From NCBI RefSeq assembly GCF_029873475.1, contig NZ_CP123499.1, positions 999,616 to 1,039,615 of the forward strand: a DNA stretch of 40,000 nucleotides, given 5' to 3'. This document shows, in pieces, positions 1 through 8,552 of the stretch. This DNA is from Arsenophonus sp. aPb. GTDB taxonomy: Bacteria > Pseudomonadota > Gammaproteobacteria > Enterobacterales > Enterobacteriaceae. Numbering within the stretch: position 1 is the stretch's first letter; each line of letters begins with the position of its first letter. The notes beneath the pieces are model-generated. The model worked only from the letters and a program-made list of their open reading frames with translations. It made no database searches and had not been told where the DNA came from. The translations under genes were made by a program, and so were the position numbers.

Positions 1-1
1 A

Positions 2-493
2 ACTTTTATTAATCAATGCAATGCGAATATTAATAATGTGTTTGGTGACATTCCTGCTTGCTATAAGCAAGCTAGCCAGCTACTGCACAATTTGCAACTA
101 CTTATGCAACAGGAGAAATGGCAGAAATATAGTCTTTCAACCAGCGGTCATTCATTAGGCGGAGGCTTAGCGGCTTATTCTGCGCTAAAAGTATCTACTA
201 CAGAAAAGGCTATTCGAGCAGAATGTTTTAGCAGCGCTCAACTTGGCTTAGGTTTACAGAACGACTTGTTAGCGCAATATAGCAATTTAGCCAACTTAAA
301 AAAAGTTAAGGGTAATATTAATCACTACTATGTTGATGGTGATATTGTGCCAAAGTTGGATAAATTTTTTGCCGTTGATCATATTGGTAGCGTTAATATT
401 ATTCCGCAGATAGCGGAGAAAAAAGATAGCGCCTTAGCCGCACATAGCAGATATGTAGCGCATATTCGTACTTTGTATCAGCAAGCAGTTTGA
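2..493 (+). CDS. C-terminal part of a larger class-3-lipase-like alpha/beta hydrolase (5' end outside window)
   Basis: The frame is open from base 2; the ORF-track start at 38 is an internal GTG. Nucleophile-elbow motif G-H-S-L-G-G in STSGHSLGGGLAAYSA. Confidence 0.6.
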   Translation, partial: TFINQCNANINNVFGDIPACYKQASQLLHNLQLLMQQEKWQKYSLSTSGHSLGGGLAAYSALKVSTTEKAIRAECFSSAQLGLGLQNDLLAQYSNLANLKKVKGNINHYYVDGDIVPKLDKFFAVDHIGSVNIIPQIAEKKDSALAAHSRYVAHIRTLYQQAV

Positions 494-653
494 CAACCTA
501 GTTGCTACCACTTTTTGACCCTATTTTGATAAGTGTTAAAATATTTCTTTGATGTAATGAATACACTTTCAAGCCGTGCGCGCAGGATCGTAAAAGAGAA
601 ATAAACGTTATTAACGCTTCCATTGATAATCAAAATGGAAGCGACGATTAATA

Positions 654-926
654 TTAATCCTCGGGAATATTGCTAATTTGTTGTTCAGCAGATTTTTGTA
701 GTTGCATTAAAGCAGGTAGCAAAATAGCAATAGCTGACAATCCATGACCTAATTGACATAGGCTTTCCAGAGAGAACTCTGATACTTTATTATCTGCCAA
801 AGAAAGCAAGGTTTTCGCCAAAAAATGTAAATTATGGCATAATCCAGCGCAACACTCTTCGCTGCTGTTTGCTAACTGTAGGATATTATCGGTACTCAAA
901 TGTGAGATATCTAGCTTGCGAAGCAC
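654..926 (-). CDS. hypothetical small protein (GTG start, uncertain)
   Basis: 90-codon ORF convergent with the lipase-like gene. No recognisable motif and no clear RBS. Confidence 0.3.
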   Translation of the reverse strand: MLRKLDISHLSTDNILQLANSSEECCAGLCHNLHFLAKTLLSLADNKVSEFSLESLCQLGHGLSAIAILLPALMQLQKSAEQQISNIPED

Positions 927-1298
927 ATTAGCTCATTCGGAAAAAAGAATATTGCTATCAGACAGCATTGTGCACCCCCAATGATTGACGACAGATAAGT
1001 AATAATGGAAACGTGGTCAATATCGCGTGGGCTTGCACTTTTTCTCTCGCCAATATGAAAATCAAACGTAATAACTGGCTTTTCGAGCCCATCTTATGGG
1101 TATGATAGTGAAGGAATGTATAGCGCTTTAGATATGTGTTTGTGATACTATTGGTACTAGCCATAGCATTAGCCCTGTTAATGTTGTGGTGAGAGGCTCG
1201 TAGGTGTTGGTAGCACCTGCGGGCTTCGTTGTTTTATGGTGACTGTATCATTACAATAATGGTTACCATCTAAACATCATAATATCTGGTAATTACCA

Positions 1299-1472
1299 AT
1301 GTCAATACCAAAAGAAAAACGTTCGCCACAATATCAAATGCGTCTTACGGAGAAATTTCGTGAGCAGCTCGAAGAGCAGGCCAAAAAAGATGGTGATACT
1401 TCTTTAGCGATGTGGATCAAGCGTATCTTAAGGAAGGAGTTACGTAAGCGGGGAATTGAACCGCAAGGGTAA
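1299..1472 (+). CDS. Arc/MetJ-type ribbon-helix-helix DNA-binding protein, 57 aa (below the ORF-track cutoff)
   Basis: Hand translation gives MSIPKEKRSPQYQMRLTEKFREQLEEQAKKDGDTSLAMWIKRILRKELRKRGIEPQG. The PQ(Y/F)xxRL..L...A...G.S.N..I pattern is typical of Arc-like RHH proteins. Palindromes TGGTTACCA (1260-1268) and TGGTAATTACCA (1287-1298) lie just upstream and could be operators. Confidence 0.55.
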   Translation: MSIPKEKRSPQYQMRLTEKFREQLEEQAKKDGDTSLAMWIKRILRKELRKRGIEPQG

Positions 1473-1712
1473 GCTGCATGTCAAGCAAGATGTTAGCGCT
1501 ATAGCCTACAATAGGCCAAGCATATATTATTTGTTGTATCATACTTAAGGATATTATACATGAGCGATTATTTGTAGCTGAATAAGCTGTAACAGTGTTA
1601 GGCATAATACTTTTCAACTGATATCTCATTGTTTGCAAGGTAAAATGAAAAAATTGTTAAAATCTGGGCTAATTTTTAGGTTGAACAATAAAGTAAAATA
1701 TTACGGTTAAAT

Positions 1713-1744
1713 AAAAGGAGAAATACGCTTGCTATTCTCCTTTT
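1713..1744 (-). terminator. rho-independent (bidirectional) terminator downstream of fur
   Basis: Perfect 10-bp stem AAAAGGAGAA/TTCTCCTTTT with a 12-nt loop, flanked by A- and T-runs. Confidence 0.7.
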
Positions 1745-1784
1745 ATTTTCAATTGATTAATAACAAAAACAGTGATAGGCAGGG

Positions 1785-2252
1785 TTATTTTTCTTCTTTA
1801 CTATTGCGGGCTGGGTGCCCCAAGTCGTTTTCATCACAATGGTCTTTTTTGGAGCAATGTCCATAGAGATAGAGACTGTGATTAGAGAGTTTAATACCAT
1901 GACGTTCGGCGATGTTTTTTTGTCTTGTTTCAATCGATTCATCACTAAATTCAATAACTTTACCACAATCTAGGCAAATTAAGTGATCGTGGTGATGTTG
2001 TTGTGTCAGCTCAAAAACTGATTTACCGCCTTCAAAGTTATGGCGAGTAACAATACCCGCTTCATCAAATTGGTTTAGAACACGATAAACCGTTGCGAGG
2101 CCAATCTCTTCCCCCATATCAATGAGTTTTTTATAGAGATCTTCCGCACTGACGTGATGGCACTCTGGCTCTTGTAATACCTCTAAAATTTTCAAACGTG
2201 GAAGTGTTACTTTAAGCCCTGCATTCTTCAATGCTTTATTGTTGTCGGTCAT
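1785..2252 (-). CDS. fur: ferric uptake regulator Fur (155 aa from the MTDNNKALK start)
   Basis: MTDNNKALKNAGLKVTLPRLKILEVL...HHHDHLICLDCGKVIEF...HSLYLYGHC is near-canonical enterobacterial Fur. The ORF-track start at 2297 is an upstream in-frame extension. Confidence 0.95.
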   Translation of the reverse strand: MTDNNKALKNAGLKVTLPRLKILEVLQEPECHHVSAEDLYKKLIDMGEEIGLATVYRVLNQFDEAGIVTRHNFEGGKSVFELTQQHHHDHLICLDCGKVIEFSDESIETRQKNIAERHGIKLSNHSLYLYGHCSKKDHCDENDLGHPARNSKEEK

Positions 2253-2408
2253 GCGGATCCTACCTTGTTGCATTAGTAGTGAATTCAATAATATCAAAAC
2301 ATTGTTAACAGTAGCATACTGTTTCTTTCAAACTAATTTTACAATTATATATGTCTTAATATCATTACACAATTTGCAGGAATTATCATGTACAAAAAAA
2401 ATTGGCAT

Positions 2409-2942
2409 CTATCTATGGATGATGGCTGGCAATTCTAGCTCGTCGGATATTTGTTTTACCCAATTTTTCACCCGCTCATCGGTTAGTTCCGGTTGCCGGT
2501 CTTCATCAATGGCAAGACCAATAAAATGAGTGTCATCAGCGAGTCCTTTTGATGCTTCGAAGTGGTAACCTTCGGTTGGCCAGTGACCAATAATGCTAGC
2601 ACCGTTAGGTTCAATAATCTCTTTCACAGTTCCCATTGCATCACAAAAATATTCCGCATAATCCTCTTGATCGCCACAACCAAAAATAGCGACCAGCTTA
2701 CCTTCAAAATCAATTTCTTCCAATGTCGGAAAGAAATCGTCCCAATCACACTGTGCTTCACCATAATACCAGGTAGGAATACCGAATAGTAAAATATCAA
2801 ATGCTTCAATATCCTCTTTACTGCTTTTAGCAATATCATGAATTTCAGCAATATCAGCGCCGCCAAGCTTTTCTTGGATCATTTTGGCAATATTTTCTGT
2901 ATTGCCAGTATCACTGCCGAAGAAGATACCTATGATTGCCAT
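2409..2942 (-). CDS. fldA: flavodoxin FldA
   Basis: MAIIGIFFGSDTGNTENIAKMIQ... is the long-chain flavodoxin signature. It sits upstream of fur as in E. coli. Confidence 0.95.
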   Translation of the reverse strand: MAIIGIFFGSDTGNTENIAKMIQEKLGGADIAEIHDIAKSSKEDIEAFDILLFGIPTWYYGEAQCDWDDFFPTLEEIDFEGKLVAIFGCGDQEDYAEYFCDAMGTVKEIIEPNGASIIGHWPTEGYHFEASKGLADDTHFIGLAIDEDRQPELTDERVKNWVKQISDELELPAIIHR

Positions 2943-3129
2943 AAAGTAAATAAACCTCTTAATTTTAATTTGCGTTGTTTAGTTATCTTATTGTTACTAA
3001 TAGTAGTAATAGGAAAGATAATAACAGTTGATTAATAAATAATTAAATGACCATTATTTTGACGAAAATAACTGCATAATTCTGTCAATTTTGTGTGTTT
3101 TAGACAAAATAAACCAGTAAAACTGCAAT

Positions 3130-3411
3130 TCATCGGTTTTTCTTTGCTAATTGTGTCAGTAATATTTGTTCTATTAGTTCACTACGGCTTATTTTTTGTT
3201 CTTGGGCTAGCATATTTAATGCCGCAACAGCCCGCTCATTGATTTTTAATTCGACACGACGTAAGCCTTTACTTTTATCACGTTTTAATTGATTACGTTT
3301 ATTAATTTTTAATTGTTCATGTCGAGATAAGGGATTAGTTTTCGGACGCCCAGGCCTAAGTTCATCGGCGAATAGATCCCGGGTTGTGCGATCAGTCTGC
3401 TCTTTTGCCAT
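3130..3411 (-). CDS. ybfE: YbfE-like CopG/RHH family protein
   Basis: The basic N-terminus and the C-terminal ISRSELIEQILLTQL RHH-like end fit YbfE. The conserved position next to fldA supports the call. Confidence 0.8.
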   Translation of the reverse strand: MAKEQTDRTTRDLFADELRPGRPKTNPLSRHEQLKINKRNQLKRDKSKGLRRVELKINERAVAALNMLAQEQKISRSELIEQILLTQLAKKNR

Positions 3412-3592
3412 AAATTTAAATGTTGATGGAAATTTGCTAGTTACTTAAAACAATCATACCCTAGCAAGATAACTATCGCTACTATCAGATAAAATATATC
3501 CTATTGATAAAGCAGCCTATTAGTGAGCAAGTGAAATTAGACATAGCCAGTAAAACAGATAAATGAGAGCTTACTGGCAACTTATGTCATGT

Positions 3593-5716
3593 TTAAGCGT
3601 TAATTTTTGCCTTTGATCCTATTTGCTGATACCAGAGTTGAGCATAAAACCCATTTAACCTGAGTAGATTATCATGGCTATCGCATTCAACGACTTGTCC
3701 TTCATTTATCACACAAATTTTATCAGCATGACGGATGGTATTAAGCCGGTGGGCAATACTAATTACTGTTCGACCAGCAGATAGATAATGCATATTTTTC
3801 ATGATAGCGGCTTCTGAATCGTAATCTAGCGCAGAAGTGGCTTCATCAAGAATTAAAATGCGTGGTTGTGTTAACAGGGCACGGGCAAGCGCTATACGTT
3901 GCCGTTGGCCACCTGATAAATTCATCCCCCTCTCTGCTAACTGGGTATTGAAACCCTGCGGAAGTTGTTGAATAAAATCGAGTGCGCCTGCCATTTGCGC
4001 GGCCTGGGTCACGGCTTCGTCAGAAGTTGCCGGCTGGCTTAAGCGGATATTGTCTGCTATTGAGCCTGCAAACAGAATACTTTCTTGCAGTACTACACTC
4101 ATATTAAGACGTAAAGCCATGGGATCAGTGACAGCCAGATCCATACCATCAATTGTAATTTGACCCTGCTGAGGAATATAAAGTCGTTGTAATAGTTTCG
4201 TTAAGGTACTTTTTCCGGATCCTGAAGGGCCTGTGATACCAATAAATTGTCCGGCTTTAATTGACAAGGATAGGTTTTGCAATACTTCTGGCATATCACT
4301 AGCATAACGAAATCTGATGTGATTAAATTCTATATTACCCTCAAGAGATGCTGTATTAGTTAACCCTGTTTGGCCAAATTCGGTAGGTTCATCAAGAATA
4401 TCACCAACACGTTTTAGCGCGATAAGGGTATGTTGAAAATCTTGCCATACTTGTGCCAGCCGGAGAATCGGTTGGGTTACATGAGCACTAAGCATATTAA
4501 ACGCAATTAATTCTCCAGGGCTAAGCTGGCCTTGCATGACGGCTTTAACACCAAACCATAATAAAATAGCGGTAGTTATTTTATTGACCAGTGTTATGAT
4601 TTGACTGGCTATCACACTACTTTTTTGCACCTGAAAGCTTTTTTGTAATTGGTGACTTAAAATTTTCTGCCAGCGTTGTAAAAACCTATTCTCTGTGGCA
4701 GTTGTTTTAATGGTTTCAATACCAGTGATTGATTCAGTAAGAAAAGTGGTATTTTCGGCTTGAGCTTCATACTCTTTTTCTACCCGTTTACGGATAATGG
4801 GGCCAATTAATAACCAAAAGATAAAATAGATAACCAATGAACCAACGACGATACCAGCGAGCAGTGCACTGTAATTGAACAACACAGCAATAAATAAGGT
4901 GACAAAAACGAGATCGATAAACAACATTAAAGTTGAGCCAGTGAGGAATTGCCGAATTTGAGCCATTTCACGAACCCGGGCAATAATTTGTCCTGTTTGT
5001 CGTTGTTTAAAATAATCGAGTGGTAGCCCTAATAAATGACGATATAAGCGGCCAGATAATTCAGCATTAATTTGGCTAGAGGTATGGTTAAAAATTTTAT
5101 TACGAATAAAGCTATAAATAGGTTCGGCTATTGCTAATGACACCATAGCAAATGCTAAAACATGTAAGCTATTTAGGCTACGACCCACCAAGACTTTATC
5201 AATGAGATGTTGAAAAAGGATTGGATGAATAAGGGCAAATATTTGCACTACACTGGCGAGTATAAAAATATCTCTTAGTTGTTTATTTTGTCTAAGAACC
5301 GAAGGGGAAAACCAATCTAATCCAAACTTGATTTTTTTGGCAGTTAATTTTTTTTCAGCCACCAGCAATATTTTAAATTTGATTGGGCTATTTGGGTTAT
5401 TATGATGGGGAAAAGTTAATGTTTTCTCAGAACACGGATTTATTACTTCAATGATTTGTTGCGTTATATTGGTAAATACCCACCATATTCCTTCTATTTC
5501 AATTAATGCGGGTAACGGAATTTGCTCCAGTTCAGAGGGTGTAAGAAAGTTTACTTTGCTTCTTAATTGCATAAAATCCGCACACTCTCGTAACTGCCAG
5601 TCGGTTAGATGTTCAGATTCTAATCCTAAAGAGTGAGTTAATTGTTCAATTGTAATGGATTTACTCAGTTGTTTACCAAGCCAGATTATTGCATCTAAGG
5701 CTTGGTTAGTTGACAT
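3593..5716 (-). CDS. HlyB-family type I secretion ABC transporter (C39-like domain + TMD + NBD)
   Basis: Walker A GPSGSGKST, signature LSGGQRQRIALARAL, Walker B ILILDEATSALD. The TMD region resembles HlyB (..VARVRE..QIR.FLTG.). The N-terminal ~125 aa are C39-like but lack the catalytic Cys. Confidence 0.9.
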   Translation of the reverse strand: MSTNQALDAIIWLGKQLSKSITIEQLTHSLGLESEHLTDWQLRECADFMQLRSKVNFLTPSELEQIPLPALIEIEGIWWVFTNITQQIIEVINPCSEKTLTFPHHNNPNSPIKFKILLVAEKKLTAKKIKFGLDWFSPSVLRQNKQLRDIFILASVVQIFALIHPILFQHLIDKVLVGRSLNSLHVLAFAMVSLAIAEPIYSFIRNKIFNHTSSQINAELSGRLYRHLLGLPLDYFKQRQTGQIIARVREMAQIRQFLTGSTLMLFIDLVFVTLFIAVLFNYSALLAGIVVGSLVIYFIFWLLIGPIIRKRVEKEYEAQAENTTFLTESITGIETIKTTATENRFLQRWQKILSHQLQKSFQVQKSSVIASQIITLVNKITTAILLWFGVKAVMQGQLSPGELIAFNMLSAHVTQPILRLAQVWQDFQHTLIALKRVGDILDEPTEFGQTGLTNTASLEGNIEFNHIRFRYASDMPEVLQNLSLSIKAGQFIGITGPSGSGKSTLTKLLQRLYIPQQGQITIDGMDLAVTDPMALRLNMSVVLQESILFAGSIADNIRLSQPATSDEAVTQAAQMAGALDFIQQLPQGFNTQLAERGMNLSGGQRQRIALARALLTQPRILILDEATSALDYDSEAAIMKNMHYLSAGRTVISIAHRLNTIRHADKICVINEGQVVECDSHDNLLRLNGFYAQLWYQQIGSKAKINA

Positions 5717-5757
5717 TATAATTAAGCGTTAATTATCAGTATAATAGAAATGCATTA

Positions 5758-5785
5758 TCACTATAATTCACTATTCATTCACTAT
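5758..5785. promoter_or_regulatory. three tandem Int arm-type binding sites (P'-arm-like) of attL
   Basis: TCACTAT occurs at 5758-5764, 5768-5774 and 5779-5785 (10-11 bp spacing). This is the core of the lambda arm-type consensus (C/A)AGTCACTAT, and it lies immediately 3' of int. Confidence 0.55.
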
Positions 5786-5788
5786 AAA

Positions 5789-6832
5789 TTATAACTCAAC
5801 CCAACCGTTATTTCTTTCATCTTGATATTTTTCTGTCATTTCAATTGACTTATGACCAAGTAGTTTTTTGGCAAAATCTGTTCCCATAGTCTCAGTATAT
5901 AATCTAGCTGATAAACTCCTAATTTCATGAAAAGAGGGTGGATTTCCCTCCCATTTCAACTCAGATTTATCTCTAAACTTAGCAAATGTCTTAGATATTT
6001 TATCTGTTGACAATTTTTTATCTCCATTTGTAATAATATATTCTGATCTTTCGTTTTTTAGTTCTAATAACTTTGATAACTTAATATTTGCTATTTCAAT
6101 ATTTAAAGGAATTGCTATTTTGGATTCTGTTTTTTGTTGAATAATCCATAATTTATTATCATAAATATTTTCCCATTTTAATTTAGAAATATCAGATATT
6201 CTTTGTCCTGTTACTAGAGCTATTTTCATTGATTTTGTCAGCCAATGATTTTCATCATTAATTAAATTTAATATAGCTGTAAAATCATTAAAAGATAGTC
6301 TTGCTCTTTGTATTTTTATTTTCGGTATTTTTGTTGGGGTAACTGGATTTATTTTTAATATACCTAATGATATAGCCTCTTTAAAATAGTCATTTAAAAA
6401 TACACGCATTAATTTTGCTGTTGTTATCTTTCCTTTATTAATAAAGGGATGAAGTAAATCAGCAATATTTTTAGTTGTTATACTTTCAATTGGTACATCA
6501 ATCATTTCTTTTCTTATAACACTAATCCTATGTTTATAATCTTTCATTGTTTTTTCTTTCAAACCTCTGGAATATAGAATTTCCTCATACCTATCCAAAA
6601 ACTCATAAAAAGAGACCGATCCGTGTCCCTCTATTCTTTCAGTTAAAGGCTTTGAGACTTCGTGATTAAGTAATAGTTGATTAGCGCTAACTGCTTCGTT
6701 GATTGCGTAGGCTTTCTTTCTGCCTAGGCTATATTCTTTTCTAGTGCGAGGGTCGCGATAGGAATAGTAACCGTTTCTGACATATAAATTAGGTGGTAAA
6801 TCCCGATTTTTTTGACTTCTCACGCGCGGCAT
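5789..6832 (-). CDS. int: lambda-family tyrosine integrase (347 aa from MPRVRSQKNRDLPPNLY)
   Basis: The N-terminus RDLPPNLYVRNGYYSYRDPRTRKEYSLG and the C-terminus HEIRSLSARLY...LLGHKS..M...Y parallel lambda Int. Confidence 0.95.
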   Translation of the reverse strand: MPRVRSQKNRDLPPNLYVRNGYYSYRDPRTRKEYSLGRKKAYAINEAVSANQLLLNHEVSKPLTERIEGHGSVSFYEFLDRYEEILYSRGLKEKTMKDYKHRISVIRKEMIDVPIESITTKNIADLLHPFINKGKITTAKLMRVFLNDYFKEAISLGILKINPVTPTKIPKIKIQRARLSFNDFTAILNLINDENHWLTKSMKIALVTGQRISDISKLKWENIYDNKLWIIQQKTESKIAIPLNIEIANIKLSKLLELKNERSEYIITNGDKKLSTDKISKTFAKFRDKSELKWEGNPPSFHEIRSLSARLYTETMGTDFAKKLLGHKSIEMTEKYQDERNNGWVEL

Positions 6833-7031
6833 GTCCGATCCTCTGCAACAAATTAGGTGAACCTGTTTCATTAATGCTGTTAACTTTGACGGCAAATTCG
6901 TCTACTAGATACTCTCTGCCATCTTTAACGGGTGGGGGCTGGATTAGCCCATTTCTAACCCATCCCCTTACTGTGTCCATCCTTCTAGGCCTATCCCTCC
7001 TTGCATTCCATTCTGCTAATGTTATTTTCAT
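6789..7031 (-). CDS. xis: excisionase (lambda Xis-like)
   Basis: MKITLAEWNARRDRPRRMDTVRGWVRNGLIQPPPVKDGREYLVDEFAVKV parallels lambda Xis (YLTLQEWNARQRRPRSLETVRRWVRECRIFPPPVKDGREYLFHESAVKV). It overlaps the int 5' end as in lambda. Confidence 0.9.
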   Translation of the reverse strand: MKITLAEWNARRDRPRRMDTVRGWVRNGLIQPPPVKDGREYLVDEFAVKVNSINETGSPNLLQRIGHAAREKSKKSGFTT

Positions 7032-7059
7032 TGGATGTCCTCTGATTTACACGCAAATC

Positions 7060-7605
7060 TCACGCAATTTTTGTTTGTTTGATGATTTTGTTTCCTATTG
7101 ACATTAATTCGTCACGATCGACATAGTTTGTTATATTTCTAGGTTTAATGAAGGGTCTCCAGATAAACAAAACAGATCCTTTCGTATTGCCATCTTTCTT
7201 TTTGTTTTCGCCGGCAGGAATAAAGTTAATCCGGCCATTTTCAATAAATCTGACTTCATCAGCCGTTTTTCTTGCTGTACAAAACCATTTAACCGATATA
7301 TCAGCAGGCAGAAGCATAACAACCGTCTGCATTTGTTTTCTGCACTCTTCATTTGCTTTTATTACCCATGGCAAAATTTTTGAGTAGGGCGGATTACAAA
7401 ATATCGCTCCGTAGCTAATCCAGTCACAATTTAAAGCATCATTTTTTTCCGTCAGATAATGGCTGCATAGCGCATTGTTATGCGCTGCCGCAGCGTCTAA
7501 ATAAAATCCGAATTCTGAATCAAGTGCTAAAAAGAGTGAAAGGGGAGTTTGCCATCTGTCACGTATTTCTTTTGGTGTGTGGCTGCCACCAAAGTCTGTT
7601 TTCAT
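7060..7605 (-). CDS. phage N6-adenine DNA methyltransferase (Dam-like, orphan)
   Basis: RWQTP...FDLD-like FYLDAAA motif plus the catalytic CNPPYS (NPPY) motif, with the size of the phage Dam family. Confidence 0.85.
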   Translation of the reverse strand: MKTDFGGSHTPKEIRDRWQTPLSLFLALDSEFGFYLDAAAAHNNALCSHYLTEKNDALNCDWISYGAIFCNPPYSKILPWVIKANEECRKQMQTVVMLLPADISVKWFCTARKTADEVRFIENGRINFIPAGENKKKDGNTKGSVLFIWRPFIKPRNITNYVDRDELMSIGNKIIKQTKIA

Positions 7606-7611
7606 GTGTTC

Positions 7612-7857
7612 TTACACCTCGACCAACGTATTTTTACCGTCTTTATTATCTAAATCTACTATTGCAACTGGACAGGGTTGCCCTCTATTTGGCACCCACA
7701 CCTTAGCCACACAATCGTATTTTGGCATCTGAAGATAGCCAAAAACACAACCATCATCGTCAGTAGCTAAAAAATTAATATCAGCATCAACCGTTAATTC
7801 AATGCCAAAATAATTGACGTCTTTAGTTTCTCTTTCACATTTTTCAATTAATTTCAT
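7612..7857 (-). CDS. hypothetical early protein (paralog of 14065..14442)
   Basis: Packed in the minus-strand operon. Shares the motif (F/Y)LATD..G...G(Y/F)...W...VD(L/V)D...TL with the 14065 gene. Confidence 0.6.
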   Translation of the reverse strand: MKLIEKCERETKDVNYFGIELTVDADINFLATDDDGCVFGYLQMPKYDCVAKVWVPNRGQPCPVAIVDLDNKDGKNTLVEV

Positions 7858-8066
7858 TTTTTATTTTCTAAATGATTAATTAGTTCTGCGGTAAGTCTTT
7901 TTACTTTGTACACATCTAATTCAGTTGCTTTAGTTGATTTGATATCTACTAATTTTTCACCACAAGTTAATTCTTCCATTTGTTTTTCTCTAGTTAATTC
8001 AGCCATTATTTCTTTATCATGTAATATGTTTATAAGATTATATACTCTTACATCTAGCTTTTTCAT
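7854..8066 (-). CDS. hypothetical early protein
   Basis: Start and stop overlap the neighbouring genes (4-nt overlaps). Confidence 0.55.
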   Translation of the reverse strand: MKKLDVRVYNLINILHDKEIMAELTREKQMEELTCGEKLVDIKSTKATELDVYKVKRLTAELINHLENKK

Positions 8067-8350
8067 TTCACTTTAAACCCCTGTTCTGTTAGTTTTTGTT
8101 TTACTTCTTTAACTTTATAAAACCCACCATCACGTAAACTGTAAATACCAGAGTATTCGCTAGGCAACTCTACTTCAAGATTTTCTCTGGATGCTTGCCA
8201 AGCCTCCCACATCCTTCTCACGTAAGGGCTATAGTACTTACCACTAATAGGGCATAAATTCTCTACGCTCGATCTAGTGTACCCTTTGCTAGTCACTAAC
8301 CACCTCTCAAACTCTTCCCGCATTTTTTCGTTAGTCATTTTCTGCCTCAA
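8063..8350 (-). CDS. hypothetical early protein
   Basis: Operon packing, 95 codons. Confidence 0.6.
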   Translation of the reverse strand: MRQKMTNEKMREEFERWLVTSKGYTRSSVENLCPISGKYYSPYVRRMWEAWQASRENLEVELPSEYSGIYSLRDGGFYKVKEVKQKLTEQGFKVK

Positions 8351-8552
8351 TATTTTCTATAGCCCCCATCACATCAGAGCCTCTAATTTTTTCAAAAGCT
8401 AAACAAACCATTTCAAAAATTAACTGTTCCTGAGGATGGCTGGATTCCCAATATTTGAAATTCTTTCTTGCTACATAACCATGTAAGCGATAAAAATCGT
8501 TAGCTAAAGCTATTGCGGCATTAACTAATTCCTCATCAGTCATTGTTTCCAT
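8331..8552 (-). CDS. hypothetical early protein
   Basis: Operon packing, 73 codons. Confidence 0.55.
   Translation of the reverse strand: METMTDEELVNAAIALANDFYRLHGYVARKNFKYWESSHPQEQLIFEMVCLAFEKIRGSDVMGAIENIEAEND

Noticed and set aside
958-1638. Minus-strand ORFs 958..1164 and 1417..1638.
   Set aside because: They have no RBS and implausible products. The second overlaps the better-supported Arc-like gene on the other strand.
2239-3035. ORFs 2239..2529 +, 2562..2789 +, 2624..2866 - and 2838..3035 +, which overlap fur and fldA.
   Set aside because: They are shadow frames of two confidently identified conserved genes.
2253-3129. Fur boxes upstream of fur and fldA.
   Set aside because: The best matches to GATAATGATAATCATTATC that I could find by eye were at most 10/19, which is too weak to call.
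3412-3592. A LexA (SOS) box upstream of ybfE.
   Set aside because: I found no CTGT-N8-ACAG match by eye, so nothing is claimed. The 8-bp stem GCCAGTAA/TTACTGGC (3546-3578) lacks a U-tract and I did not call it a terminator.
6793-7101. A 102-codon plus-strand ORF antisense to xis/int.
   Set aside because: It is antisense to two strongly supported genes and has no start context.
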